Origin: Eutreptiella sp. 'Long Island Sound 2002' | Lineage: Eukaryota; Protista; Euglenida | Direction of reading: 5' to 3' | Assembly (NCBI GenBank): GCA_964036045.1 | Contig: OZ038378.1 | Location: 156,178,001 to 156,242,000 of the forward strand | Length of the DNA: 64,000 bases | Shown: positions 12,731-25,132 of the stretch, piece after piece | Layout: each line of letters opens with the position of its first letter | Position numbering within the stretch: the stretch's first letter is position 1 | Translations under genes and position numbers: made by a program | The notes under the pieces: generated by a model | Seen by the model: only the letters and a program-made list of their open reading frames with translations | What the model was told of the DNA's origin: nothing | Databases searched by the model: none

Positions 12731-14880
12731 TCAACCATCAGGAAAATACACTGAAAACAGGTGGGGAAATAGGTGGCACGAAAACCTTACATGCCTGAAT
12801 AAAGTGTGTGTGCAGACTGAACAGGGGTGTTTCTCCATTCTAAAATGTGGATTGTGTCCCTTGGTGCAGAAAATACCTGCAGACCATTTGAATGGTAAAC
12901 TGCAGAACCAGGAAGTGGATTGGAACCAATCATACCTCTCAGGCATCTTGATGTCTATGTGCGTGTGCTTAGGGAGGAGATGGCTGTATGATTTTTGTGT
13001 CAGTTTACCAAGCATATGCATATCTTGCCATGCAATGCTTCCTTTTTGGAATGGTGGTAGGATCAGAGAGGTTGGTAAAATTGCAAAAATTGCCCATTTG
13101 GCTAAGGCGTCTGCAAGTTCATTTCATTTAAACCTTGTGTGAGCTTTGACCCATCTCACCTCTACTCGCACACCCTGAGCAGAAAGCTGGGCAATGGCTG
13201 ACCTGAATGACTTGATCCAGTGACCAGAAAGATGTGGGGAAAACATTTTGAAGTCTGGATGTTTAGCAACCCTGAAGCAAGCTACCACATTTGCGTTGTT
13301 GCAAAGAACAAATTGCAATGGGTTAGGATTGAATTGTGTTTGCATTGAGTGTAATTTCAGGTGTAATGCCCAGAATTCTGAGCCTCCTTAAGAGTGTAAA
13401 GGTGAAACTGATGCAGTGATGTTGCAGGAGTGTGCATTCAAGCCTTCAAAAACAGCAAATGCCGAACCAAAGCATGGGGAGGATGCAGAGCCATCTAGAT
13501 ATGTCCAAGCAGCTGATGAACTGAGGGGGTCCTGTAACAGTTCCGACGCCCCTGTACAGCTCCAGCTCAGGACATCTGATGGTTGGAGGACGTGATGTGT
13601 TGCAGGCAGGTGTACTGTGGCACCCAGGCTGAACATCTCGGAAATTGCCGTGTTCAATGGTGGTGTGGGTGGTGAGGTGGAGAGGCACTGGTTAGAGATT
13701 GGAGTAGGTGAGAGTTCTGAAGGGGAAAACTGTGATATTGGGTTTGGGCTGCTGTGGGGTAAGGGGAAAGAGAAATTGTGTTTGTTTGCAATTTCTGCTG
13801 AGAAGTCAACCTTTGCCTTTTTGCCCTGGATTTCTGAAACCGTGCCCAAACATGGGCCAAACACTTGGAAATCGACATATATACTGGCACCAGGTGCTAA
13901 TGCAGATACAGGGCAGGGACACCATGGACCGAAGCCATTGATGGGGAGGTTGAGTGCATAGCACGGATCAACAAGGGCTTCCTGGAGGAAATTAGTTATG
14001 GGACTGAGCAGTGTGCTGCAAATCGTCGGTGTAGAGCTCGCTGGCCCTTCACCCTCAAAAATCGTGTTGCTTGATTGACATTGTGGACATGATATGTGTA
14101 CAGAAAGTGCTTCAGGCCGAGACCACCCAGTGGCCTTCGCTGGTACATATCCTTTGGTGATGTCACTGAAGACAAGGTCCCAGTTGGCACAAGCGACGCC
14201 AAATTAAAGATGGAATGGGATGCAGCTGTGTGATATGCATGTTATGTGCCAATAGCCTGTATTGTAATGTGGGTATCAACACTGTGTTGATCAGCGATAT
14301 GTATTCGGAGTCTGTGAGTGGAAGCGATTGGAGGGTGTTGAAGTAGCTATTTGTTTCATTGATGGGGAGTGTGTGTAGCAGTCTTGGTGAGTCTTCGGTG
14401 AATAAATGTATACCGAGATATTTGGAATGTATGTGTGGATTTCCGTTTTTGTCTTCGTCAACAGTGTTGTTGTTTGGTCTATGCGCAGTTCTATGCGTGG
14501 TATGTTATTCAGGGTGTGTAGTTCTGTTTTGTCTGTGTACATGTCTAGTCCTAATTGTCTTGCTGTTGTGTGAAAAAATGTGTATGCTTTCTGTATTATG
14601 TGTGGACTGTTTGACCGTATGAGGATATCATCAATGTATGAGTGGATAGTATCACTCTCTGTGAAGGCACGAAATTTAGGGAGTGTGTGTAATATGATAT
14701 TCAAGTAGAGATTGAAGAGCAATGGGGAGAGAGGACAGCCCTGTTGCACACCTCTGATTTGTTTGTGTTCGCCAATATGTTGGCCATTGATAAGTGGCTT
14801 CTCACGGGGGTGTGTGTACAAGTGTTTCAATGTGTCTATTAGGTGTGTTGGTAAGTTATAGTATTGCGCAGTGCCGGTCT
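12731..14880 (-). mobile_element. Decayed 5'-truncated LINE: RT - RNase H - Zn finger
   Basis: RT motifs RGVQQGCPLSPLLFNLY and SYIDDILI (14291-14830); thumb GGLGLKH (13996-14202); RNase H WTYLDGSA (13388-13864) and VRWVKAH (13124-13345); Cys/His cluster HNPH...CSVCTH (12731-13021). Broken by frameshifts. Confidence 0.85.
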
Positions 14881-14947
14881 GACACGCTCAGACGGAAAAC
14901 CTCCGGCTGCGGGTCTGGGTCTGGTTAGATACTCAGCACGAAGTCAC

Positions 14948-15092
14948 CCCCCCGTACCTCCCTCCCAGTACCCCCTCCCGTACCCCCTCCCGTAGCCCCC
15001 CACGTACCCCCCGCACCCTCCCCCCCGTAACACCCCCCCCATACCCCCTCTCGTACCCCCCGGTACCCTCCCCCCCGTACCTCCGGGGTACC
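14948..15092. repeat. Degenerate ~12-bp C-rich tandem repeat (CCCGTACCCCCT-like)
   Basis: Repeated GTACCCCC motifs visible directly. Confidence 0.8.
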
Positions 15093-15350
15093 GGGGGGGG
15101 GGGGGGGGCTGTACATGCTGGTTATATCCGACGGGGCATGGCGTAGAGCAGGAGATCTGGTGCGGGGTAATTGTTCTCTGTGCCTCGTCCCCAGCGCCGG
15201 AGCGGATGGCCAGACCGCCGTGTTTGTGGACCTGCAGGGGAGCGTCAGGGAGAATCGGGGTAACTGCTACGGCCCTACTTTGCGGGCTTCGGCGGCGGGT
15301 CCGGGTCAATCATGGGGTCGACCGGGGGGCCAAAGCGGGCCTTGCTCGTC

Positions 15351-15544
15351 CGGTGCGGGAGAGGCCGCCGGAGCTGTGGCCGCCGGCGCAACACGGCACC
15401 TTCGCGACGGGTCGGCTGCCGGGCGGGCAGCAGCGGGCACACGGACACGCCACGTGGGGCAGGGACGGACCAGACCCGCCGGGTTTGCCGCCCACCGACG
15501 CGCTGTGCGTGCTCACAGACCCCCCCCCCCCCCCCACCGCCGTG
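15351..15544 (+). repeat. Dispersed ~195-bp repeat, copy 1 (copy 2 at 18700-18892)
   Basis: Near-identical sequence gagaggccgccggagctgtggccgcc...ctcacagaccccccccccaccgccgtgc at both sites. Confidence 0.9.
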
Positions 15545-17496
15545 CCCTGGCACCGGAGGGCTCTGGTTGTCTCGTACCGCGATCTTCTGTCTCTCCTCCG
15601 TGACCGCGCTGAGTGGGGGGTGGCAGACGTGACCCACCTCTGGGGCGCGGGAGGGGGGCACAATGCCCGGGAGTGGGCGGCTCTATGCATCGATTCCGAG
15701 GTGCCGCTGTCGGAGTCGCTATTGTTGTCGCTGATGCTCTCGGCGCTGGAGCAGCTGTCAGACCCGCGCTGGACTCCACTAAATCGGGGCCCTCAGACTT
15801 CGGGGTGGCGCTGGCTCTGTAGGGGAGCATTCATATCCACAGAAGCGTTCGCATCCGCAGAAGCGTTCGCATCCATGCGCTGCCGCTTGGGCGCGCCTTG
15901 CGGCTGGTTTCCCTGCGGCCGGCCTCGTTTCTCCGCCGTCTTGTGGGATCCACAGAAAGATGAAGCAATACAGAAGGGCCATGGTACGAGGCACAGGGTT
16001 TGGCGTGGCTCAGGGCGTGCAGTGAGGCACGGCATGAGTCGTGCCCAGGGCATTGCGAAACCTGGTCAATGGACCGGACCCACCTGCCCGCCCACTCACA
16101 TGAGGAGGGAAATGTGTTTCATGAAAGCGGCCGCAAAATTGAGGCCGATCTTAGGTACCCCCCCCCTCCCCGTGTCTAGCGAACAATAAAGTCCTCAGGG
16201 AATACAGTCCGAACAAGACACTTCGTTGGACACGGTGTTCGGTACATAATTAGTTCAGTACCCAAACCCGGTCCCTCATTAATTAGGTCCCAAAAAATGA
16301 CGGTCCGAATGGCAGTGCTCGTTGGACAAGGCCTTCGTTAGACACGGGGGGCGGGGGGTACACAAACGTTTTTGGGTGGGCTCGGACCCCCAACCCCCCC
16401 CCCGGGGGGTGGGGGGTTGGGGGGGGGGGGGGCACCGCATGAAGCAACGGCCTAAGCCATGCCACATGCCGTGCCCATGCGTGGCCATGTCATGCCTCAG
16501 GCACAGCACGTCAGGGGGTGGATGTAGAGGGGGGGGGTCGGGGCCCCTTCCCTCAGCCCCCCCACAACCGATGACGAATTAAGAAGTTCGGCGGACCAAA
16601 AACAGGCCCCCAGTTGGGGGGGGGGTCGGGGAAGGGGGTCCCTGATACCCCAACATAGACCCCTCCTGAGGCACCCCCGCCGCGCGCTGATCATTTGGAG
16701 GCGCTCATCGCGGGGGAAAGTCCTTTTCACAGACAGGCCCTCGGGGCGACTTCGCACCCACTTTCGGAGTCACCACCAGTTCTTAGACTGCCCTGTTCTG
16801 AGGACCCGGGTAGGACTTCCGTCATTCGTCACACGTCATCACGCCCCCCCCCCCCCGGGGCCCCACCAAAACATTCATGTCAATATCATATCCCCCCCTG
16901 GGGCACGCGGCATGGCCCAGGGCATGGCCCAGGGCACGGCGCAGCAGTACATTCTCGACATTCGATCCGGTTGCGACAGGCCACAGCAGCTGAGAGTCAA
17001 CGGTACAGTTTAGAGTGGTATCGCCCCCCCCCCCCCCCTGTCGATTCTGCTCTGCTCTGCTCTGCTCCTGCGCATCACCCCCGGAACCCCCTGCTGGAGG
17101 GCATCAAAACGCTGCCACAAAGGGTCTCACACGTCAGTTCAGTGTCGCGTAGGCTTGGTCCGTGGCCTGCAGGCCACGCCGACCACCCGCTGAGGGTCAA
17201 CGGGACAGTTTCGGGCGAGTAGCACATCCGGCGCATCGGTCCCCCCCATTACCCACCGCGTGGACATCGCCCAGACCGCCGGAGCACCGCATGCGGGGGG
17301 GGCAGCGGCCCAGAGACAACGGCTCCTCCGGCCGGGGCCCCGACTCGCGAGCGGGTCCCCAGACGCGGGGCTGGGGCGGGTGGGGCTGATCCTTCTGAAG
17401 TGCGTATTGCGGCGGCAACGAAGGAGTGGAGTCTGCGGCCTTTCTGACCCCACAACCGTCGGCGACTTCGGGGCCGGTGGCCAACTTCGATGGCCC

Positions 17497-19412
17497 CACC
17501 CCCTTTTGGGGGGGCCCGTGACCTCAGAAACGCCTCCAATACCCCCCACCATCCCCGCAGCAACGGACGGGCACCGCTCCCAATGCCCAGGCACACACGC
17601 ACGATGCGCCGCAGGGACCGCCACAAGTGGCGTGACCCGGATGAACCGGAGGCAGAGGCAAAGAGTGCGCAATACCGGACGGCCACCCCAGCCACGGCGG
17701 TTGGGTGATCCCGAACAGCACTTGGTACGTTGGCGACAGCGACAGCGACAGCGATCCCCCCCCCCCCTTGTCCAATCACCGGCAGAGCGCAGGAAAAGTG
17801 CGGCAACACCGGGTCCCGGTGATTCGACAAGGGGAGGGGGGGGGGGTAAAGAAATTAATAAGGTCCCTCTGTACCCTCCAATCCTCTTGAAATCCCCTCC
17901 TTTTGTCGGGCCGGTTCCCCCCCCCGGGAGAGGGCAGGGGGTTGGCTCTGTTAGCCTGTGGCGGCGCCTATTGGCCTCTCGCCTTTGAACGTTCTGCCAT
18001 CCGCACTGCCGGGCCGGGGGGTGGGGGCCGCACCACAAATCTGTACCATAGTATCACAGTGTAAATCAGCTTTGGTGCCCAGTATGTCCTATGCTTTCTG
18101 GGTCCACATGACGGTTCCCTCCCTCGGGGCTGGGGAGGGGGGGGTATGTTTCAACGACATGCAGTTCGCACTTAACTGACGAAGGTCTTCGGCCAAACGA
18201 TTGCCGTGCAGGACTGTGACGGCGGTGATCGCTGGTTGGCTGTTGCACCGCTTAAGTCCCGGAGGAACTGTTTTCTTCTTTTTTTTTCTTTAAAAAAAAG
18301 GCAGGGCTCCGCAGGGCTCCTGCACCCGAAGAACCCCCACCCACCCCTTGTCCACCGAGTCAGCCGGCCCATCCGCCATGGGTACTCCCAGTGGTCAAAG
18401 GGGCTGGCGGGGAGGGGCAGGCACACCACTGCAATACCAAGTGCACCCCCCCAACCCCAGCCACCCCCACACCCACACCCCCCGCGCCCTGCTCGGCCCC
18501 ACCCGCCACGTCTCCGCCGGTCGCTCCACAGGTCAAAGACAGGGTCGCAGGTCCCGCGGGAGCGCGGGGCAACTCCGGCGGCACCAGAGGTAGAGCAGGC
18601 CTTGCCCTCCTTCCGTCCCTTGCCTCTCAGCCCCCCACTGCCCCCCACCTCCCCCCGCCCCCCGCCTGCCCCTCACGGAGTGGCTGGCTCGGTGGTGTGC
18701 GGTGTGGGAGAGGCCGCCGGAGCTGTGGCCGCCGGCGCAACACGGCACCTTCGCGACGGGTCGGCTGCCGGGCGGGCAGCAGCGGGCACACGGACACGCT
18801 ACGTGGGCAGGGACGGACCAGACCCGCCGGGTTTGCCGCCCACCGACGCGCTGTGCGTGCTCACAGACCCCCCCCCCCCCCCACCGCCGTGCTCTGCCCC
18901 CCGCCCCCCCCTGAGCCAAAGGGGCTGTAGCAACACCGCCCGGGGGTATTCCCTGGCAGGCCCCCAAGGCAGGGAAGCGCCCCGCACGCATTGGGACCCC
19001 TTCTACTGCCCCGGCCGCGTCCCAAGGCCGCAGGATGCCGCGCGCCGTGGCTGCCCCCGTTCCATGCGGTCGTGCCCCCCCCCCCCCCGCACGCCTTGGG
19101 ACCGGCCCGCAGCTTTGACCACCGGGGGTACCAATGGCGGAGGGCGAGGGGCTGGCTGACTCGGGAGGCAAAGGGGGGGGGGGGTTCTTCGACGGAGCCC
19201 TGCCTTTTTTATTAAAAGAAAAACAGTGCCTCCGGGACTTCCCCCTTTGCCTCTGCCTCCGGTTCACGCGGTTCACGCCACTTGTGGCGGTCCCTGCGGC
19301 GCATCGTGCGTGTGTGCCTGGGCATTGGGAGCGGTGCCCGTCCGTTGCCGCGGGGATGACGGGGGGTATTGCAGGCGTTTCTGAGATCATGGCCCCCCCC
19401 AAAAGGGGGTGG
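17497..19412. repeat. Inverted repeat pair with interrupted left arm
   Basis: 17497-17676 is the reverse complement of ~19243-19412, and 18254-18340 of ~19172-19240. The right arm is contiguous; the left arm is split by ~575 bp. Confidence 0.8.
18700..18892 (+). repeat. Dispersed ~195-bp repeat, copy 2
   Basis: Direct match to 15351-15544. Confidence 0.9.
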
Positions 19413-21368
19413 CCACGGGATGCGGGACGCAGCCGGTGTGGCAGCCCCACCGCCGCCTCATGGCACTCAACGAGCGCAGGTCCCCCCCCCCCCAGTGGAG
19501 CCGCGCGCCGTGGGGCGGCTTGGCAGCAGGTCCCGGTGACCAGGAGGCCGCGACCCCTGCCCCAGTACTCCGCGGGTGGGCTCAGCATAAGGGGGGGGGG
19601 GGCAACTTCGCAGGGGATACGTTCGCTACCCTTGAACTCCCCAAAGCTCCGAGGAAGCCTGTGTCTCGCAACAGTCACTGAACTGTTGAGGAAACATTGT
19701 TTCGTCTCCCGGTCGGTATGTGCCCCTTGACGACGTACATGTCAGAGGCACTCATAACTCGAGATGCTCAACATGCACGTGGGCCTGGCTGTACGAGGGC
19801 TGGTACAGGCCAACCAGTGCCGTTCACCCGTCCAACACAATGCCTGCGGCAGCGGTGAAGGATGGCACTGTTACGCCAAAACGTCGCCGGGGGGGGGGGA
19901 TTCCACCGCCTTTCTCAGCGGCGGAATTACCCCTTTGGCGAAGTGTTCCCCTCCCCTGTGGAAGGCTCCCGCGCCACGCCACGGGGCCTGGGGCACCGGG
20001 CACATACAACCCCAACAACACGAAGGCCCCCCCGCCCGCCCGTTTGCGAACAACGCACACGGGCACAGCGGTGGCACCCTCCGGCGGGGGCTACCGCAGG
20101 GCTTGCAGACTGTCGGCCGTCCGGTACGCCTTGTGGTCAGATGGCCCTGTCACGTCGAGCACGTGCGGCTGCGTCGGCCGTGGGCCCGGACGTCCCGGGG
20201 AGCCGTGGACCCAACCCAACGCAACGCAACAGCCCCCGTGGGCTAAGCTCGCTGCCGGCACCAAATGAATGAGGTCCCTTGAGCTACCGGTGCTTAGACA
20301 AGGGCGAGCGTGCGCCTGTCGTGCAAACAACCGCGACTGATACCGAATCCAATTGGGTACCGAATTAATATGGTCCCTTGGGGTATGTGAGCGTAGCCAT
20401 AATCCAACGATGGTCGTCATCCCCGGCATCCCACCGGCAGGAAGTCACTCTTCTGTGCTTCAGGTCCGGTAAGGAGCCACCGTCAGCTGTGCGCGCAGCT
20501 CCTGTGCATCCGCGTCCCTGCCCTGCTGGGTGGGTCCATGCTGAGCCTAGACGAGGGGGGCAAGGCACGACGGCACAACACGACACAGGAACCTTCTTCT
20601 CCTTCTTCTTCGAGGACGACCCCCTCCCGGCGGCGTCCCACTTCCCTCTGAACTCCATCCACCGGTCCTCTTCCCACGTTGTCATCTGGGCACGCACCAT
20701 GTCACTGGTCACCTCCCGTTTCTTGCCCAGTCGGCAGCCCTTTGGGAACATCTCAACGCCTGCGCGGAGGCATTTGTTATTTTTTTTGGGGCGCTGACAC
20801 CAGAAGCAGATGTCCCCCGGGTACCATGTGCATCGCCCGTGCTGCACTTCCATCTCCACAGCCTCGGGTGCCACTGCCATTGTGTGATCTATCACTAGCA
20901 CAACCAACAAAAGATAGGGCGCCTGAAGGCAGCATCCATTGAGAAAGACAGAGAGAGAGAGATGATCATAAAAACGCTTGGGGGGGCGCACCGTGCGCTG
21001 TGCCCGTGTTGTGCGAAAGGTCGGCTGTGTACCACCGGTAGTCACGGGTCCCAGGATCCTGAATTCTGCACTCCACAGCCCCGGGATGTTTGGTTTTAGT
21101 CTGATGCTTGCCACGGGTCCCAGGTCTTGAATTCTGCACCCCCGATGCTGTTTTGAATGGATCATGCACGCCTCTGTAGGTGGGTGGTTTTCAGGGGTGT
21201 TCCCGGGATAAACACTGTAATCACCGGCGCTGTGCGAAAAGGCCCCCTTGGTCTATGAGGAGTGGGAACTCAGACGGGCTCTCAAAACACATGAGAGCCG
21301 TACCACGAGCACGCTGTCACGTGTCAACAGGGCTTCTACTATTTCCGTGATTGGCCTGAAAAACCCCT

Positions 21369-22055
21369 TCCGTGATTTTCCGTGATTTTCCGTGGTTTTC
21401 CGTGATTTTCCGTGATTTTCCGTGATTTTCCGTGGCATTTCCGTGATATTTCCGTGATTTTCTGTGGTGTTTCCGTGGTACAAAAATGTTCCTCATGCAT
21501 TGCCTTTGCCTCACCTGGACACCCACAATAGACGAAAAAAAGCACAACACATTCTCGGTATGCTCCACACCCTGGTTTGGTCCCTTGCAGCGCAGCTGGA
21601 GAGTGGCAACCACATAGACCTTTGGCCCTACCCCAATCAAGACGTTGGCACTTGCGTGACCCTGCTCATCGGTCCACTCATCGGTTCCTACCCAGCATTC
21701 CTGGTATTTAAGTTTGTGACAAATTGCACCTTTATGCAGGAGACCAACACGCCGGGAAGCCCTGTACACCTCGTCTTTATTACGAATACACCCATGGACT
21801 TTAGTGTATTTCCACATCAACATGTCACAACTGAAAACACACAAAGAAATACACACTCTAAAACTTAGCAACCAGGAACAACAATAGCAAACAATAGGAA
21901 CTTTCATTTCCATTTCCATGATTTTCCGTGATTTTCCGTGGCAACCACGAACAACAATAGCAAACAATAGGAATTCAATTTCCCTTTCCGTGATTTTCCG
22001 TGATTTCCGTGATTTTCAACGTTGGCCTATTTCCGTGATTTTCCGTGATTTTCCT
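21369..22055. repeat. (GATTTTCCGT)n 10-bp arrays flanking a unique insert; 72-bp tandem duplication at ~21870-22013
   Basis: Arrays at 21369-21478, ~21918-21942 and ~21985-22055. Confidence 0.9.
21550..21790 (-). pseudogene. hAT-like (DUF659-type) transposase fragment
   Basis: ECWVGTDEWTDEQGHASANVLIGVGPKVYVVATLQL...GVEHTE resembles the first catalytic-Asp region of hAT transposases (D-G/E-W-T-D followed by N-hydrophobic strands and HT). Confidence 0.5.
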
Positions 22056-22739
22056 GCCGCGGAAATACCAGAAGCCCTGTGTCAATATGATCGGGAGGTG
22101 CCGGGCGGTACTCTGCCGAAGAACAGGGTCGGCCGTTCTGTTCTCTCTTCCCCGATGTGGCTACGGGGCAGTCACTGTACAGGGCGATGCCAATTACCCA
22201 CCAAATGATAGGGCTTTTCGACGAGGCGGTTGCAACGACGCTTTGGATGTGAAGGGTCGGGTTTTACTGAGTGGCACACGGTGCAGATTTCAGATTGTGA
22301 GGAAGTCTCGATGGCCGCTGCATCCACTAACCATGCGGCTCACCGATCGTGCTTCGGTTTGCACGTCAGCAATGTGAGCTGCCCCTCCGACACAAGAGCA
22401 CCTGGCAGCGAATTGGTATAGATTGTGCCCTCACCAAGCAGCGGGCGAGTAACATCACAACAGTGGAGCAACAAAGCACGTGAGACGTGGCGACCTTGAC
22501 ACCGTCGACAGCAGAGGGACAGCAGTCTTACTTGATTCGCAGTAAAGAACATCAGATTTCGTAGAATCTTGATGGGTGGCTGTAAAGACAATGCCTGTGG
22601 CTGAAAGGCAAAAAGAACAAACAGCTCTGCTGTGCATTTTGTGCAATGTAATTGAAAAATTCTATTCCCTATCAGCAAGGCACCTCGAAGAGGGAGGGAG
22701 CACAGTCAATCAAACAGCTAGTCACGAAGTCAGGAAGCC

Positions 22740-22985
22740 CCCCCACCCTCCAACACCCAAATAGGGTGAAAAACACATAAGGAGGGTCTAAGACATGCTT
22801 TACCTAGGATATTTGATCATTGTGAATGGCCAGAACATAAAAAAATTGGTACCTGAAATTTGTGTCTCATCTACACAGGGTGGTAAGCTACATAACTAGG
22901 ATTGTGCCCTAGCGCCTGCAAAGCCGCCTCATCCCCCCTCTAACACCCAAATAGGGTGCAAAACACATGAAGCGGGTATTGCGCT
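22740..22985 (+). repeat. ~180-190-bp satellite family (ACACCCAAATAGGGTGAAAAACACAT motif), left block
   Basis: Motif at 22753 and 22943; the same family occurs at 28555, 28733 and 28913. Confidence 0.8.
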
Positions 22986-23364
22986 TTTATAGTCCGCGGG
23001 CCTAGTTACAGAGGTCGAGGGGCGAGGGGGGCGGGGCGATCCTGAGTTCTAACCCCCCCCCTGTGGGTGCCCCCCGCCTATGGAGAACGGGGGCACGGAG
23101 GGACGAGCCGCTTAAGACTATGTCCCTTCCGAACTCGCCATCCCATGTCGCCTCCGAGGCAGGACTGGGCCCCCGGCGGAAGAGTCGCTTGATGCCGCCG
23201 AGGGCGCTACTGAGAGGGGGTGGCTATGGGCCAGCCCCACTGAAAATAAAGTCTGCTGGCAGCCGCCTTGAAGGAAGGGCCGCTCATGCAGCGATGTTGC
23301 GCGTGCGGGCGCGCCTGCAGTGCTGTGGTACCCCGCAGGGCGCGCCCGCAGTCCCTGTAGGGTG

Positions 23365-24198
23365 TTGATAAATGGAGAGGAGAACGCGCCTGTTACCTTC
23401 GCACGAACTCGCATGTTGAATATTTTGATATCGTATCAGAGCGCCTCACCTCGTGCTTGACACGGTTACACTATCCTAGGTCAGTGTTTGAACCCCTGGC
23501 TCTTTCGTGGTCAATGAAAGCCCAATACATGGTGAGAAAACCAAAACAAGCCAGTCAGTCCATACATGTGGTGCGTGCGCCCTTTCATGCCTCTTTGGAC
23601 TTTTCCCTTGGCCATTTGCTTTATTGGATGCAAACCAAATTGAAGCCCCACATACCCCATTTGCGGTTGTTTGTGACTTACAAGCCATTGCCCAATATGA
23701 GGAAGGTGTTGTAGCGCCTTGCTTTGAACACGCTGAGGAGGTCCGGGGAGGGTGGGTGGGAGGATAATTTTTTCCATCGAGATCTCTCTGGAAATGATTC
23801 TTTTACCCAGGACCCAACTGCTTGTGATTTATTGTTGGTGGGCCAGCGCTAATTAAATTTGTTGGGAGCACATGCGTGTCGCCGTTGGTCTCGTGCACGT
23901 AGCACTTTGTCTCGACTGTTTGTCTACTTTTTGCTGCTGGCGCTTATTTGTCACCGTGATCCGTCATTTTGTATTGGTTGAACCGGCCATGCATGTTTTC
24001 CCATCTCTGCACTTTAGTTCCTTTGTGGGCTGATGAGGCTGCTGTGTGGCAGCAAAATGCATACCCTGTAGCCGCTCGGCTTTCATTCATCCCGTTCTTT
24101 GGTGGCTTGAGGCTTTGCTTTGCTGTTGGGACACGGAGGGCATAGAAGCACAAACTGCGTTTTTTGCGGTTTGAAGCAACATTTCCATTTATCAACGA
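23365..24198 (+). mobile_element. 5'-truncated Penelope-like retroelement (RT thumb end, no GIY-YIG seen), copy 1
   Basis: Frame 23364-23714: GERACYLRTNSHVEYFDIVSERLTSCLTRLHYP...APFHASL...LRLFVTYKPLPNMRKVL*, matching the PLE RT thumb pattern GE..RY.RTNS...L..RGYP...PFH...Y...PNL..LL. 24-bp direct repeats at 23341-23364 and 24199-24222. Hammerhead-like motif in the 3' UTR. Confidence 0.72.
24027..24066 (+). ncRNA. Degenerate minimal type-I hammerhead ribozyme (second copy 25795-25834)
   Basis: GGG-CTGATGA-G-GCTGC-tgtgtg-GCAGC-AAAA-TGCA-TA-CCC: 3-bp stem I, core CUGAUGA, 5-bp stem II, palindromic loop UGCA, UA cleavage site. The expected C-GAAA reads AAAA. Confidence 0.55.
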
Positions 24199-25132
24199 CG
24201 CGCCCGCAGTCCCTGTAGGGTGGAGGTACGTGCTGCGTGATGTGCCCTCCGCCCCTTGTGCGGTCGCCGCCTATTGAACCTGTCGCTGTGCATTGTGTGC
24301 TGTGATCGGTGCTGCACGCACACCTACACCCTGCCTGCCCTGCGTGCCTTGGCTTGCGTGCCCCGTGCGTTGTGCGCTGTGCCACTGGTGCAGCCCTAGC
24401 CTGTGCTGCCTAGTGTTGCTCACTGTGGGTAATCCTCTGTGTTGCTTGTGCCCGGAGTTCTGCCTGCCCTGCATCCCCTGTGCACCCTGCCTCCCCTACC
24501 ACTGCTTGTGGGGGGATTGGGGGGGGCGGGCTGAGTTAGCATGGGGGCGGGATAGAGGTTTCCCGTCCCCTTGCGCCAACAGTGCAGCTGAAATGCTGCC
24601 AAATATCTCCTGCAGCCCCGGGGGAGGGGGGGGGGGTCGTGTGTCGCCGCGGGCTAGCTTTACGTGCACGTCGTGGCGTGGGCACTGCGTCGCGGTCTGG
24701 TGAGGGCGTTGGCTGAGTCAGCCGCCACAGCTCTGATCTGCGGGGCCGCTGTGGCGGCCGATCTAGCGCCTGCGGCGCTGCGGACGCCGCTCAGGGGGGC
24801 GGGGCGATCCTGAGTTCTAACCCCCCCCCTGTGGGTGCCCCCCGCCTATGGAGAACGGGGGCACGGAGGGACGAGCCGCTTAAGACTATGTCCCTTCCGA
24901 ACTCGCCATCCCATGTCGCCTCCGAGGCAGGACTGGGCCCCCGGCGGAAGAGTCGCTTGATGCCGCCGAGGGCGCTACTGAGAGGGGGTGGCTATGGGCC
25001 AGCCCCACTGAAAATAAAGTCTGCTGGCAGCCGCCTTGAAGGAAGGGCCGCTCATGCAGCGATGTTGCGCGTGCGGGCGCGCCTGCAGTGCTGTGGTACC
25101 CCGCAGGGCGCGCCCGCAGTCCCTGTAGGGTG

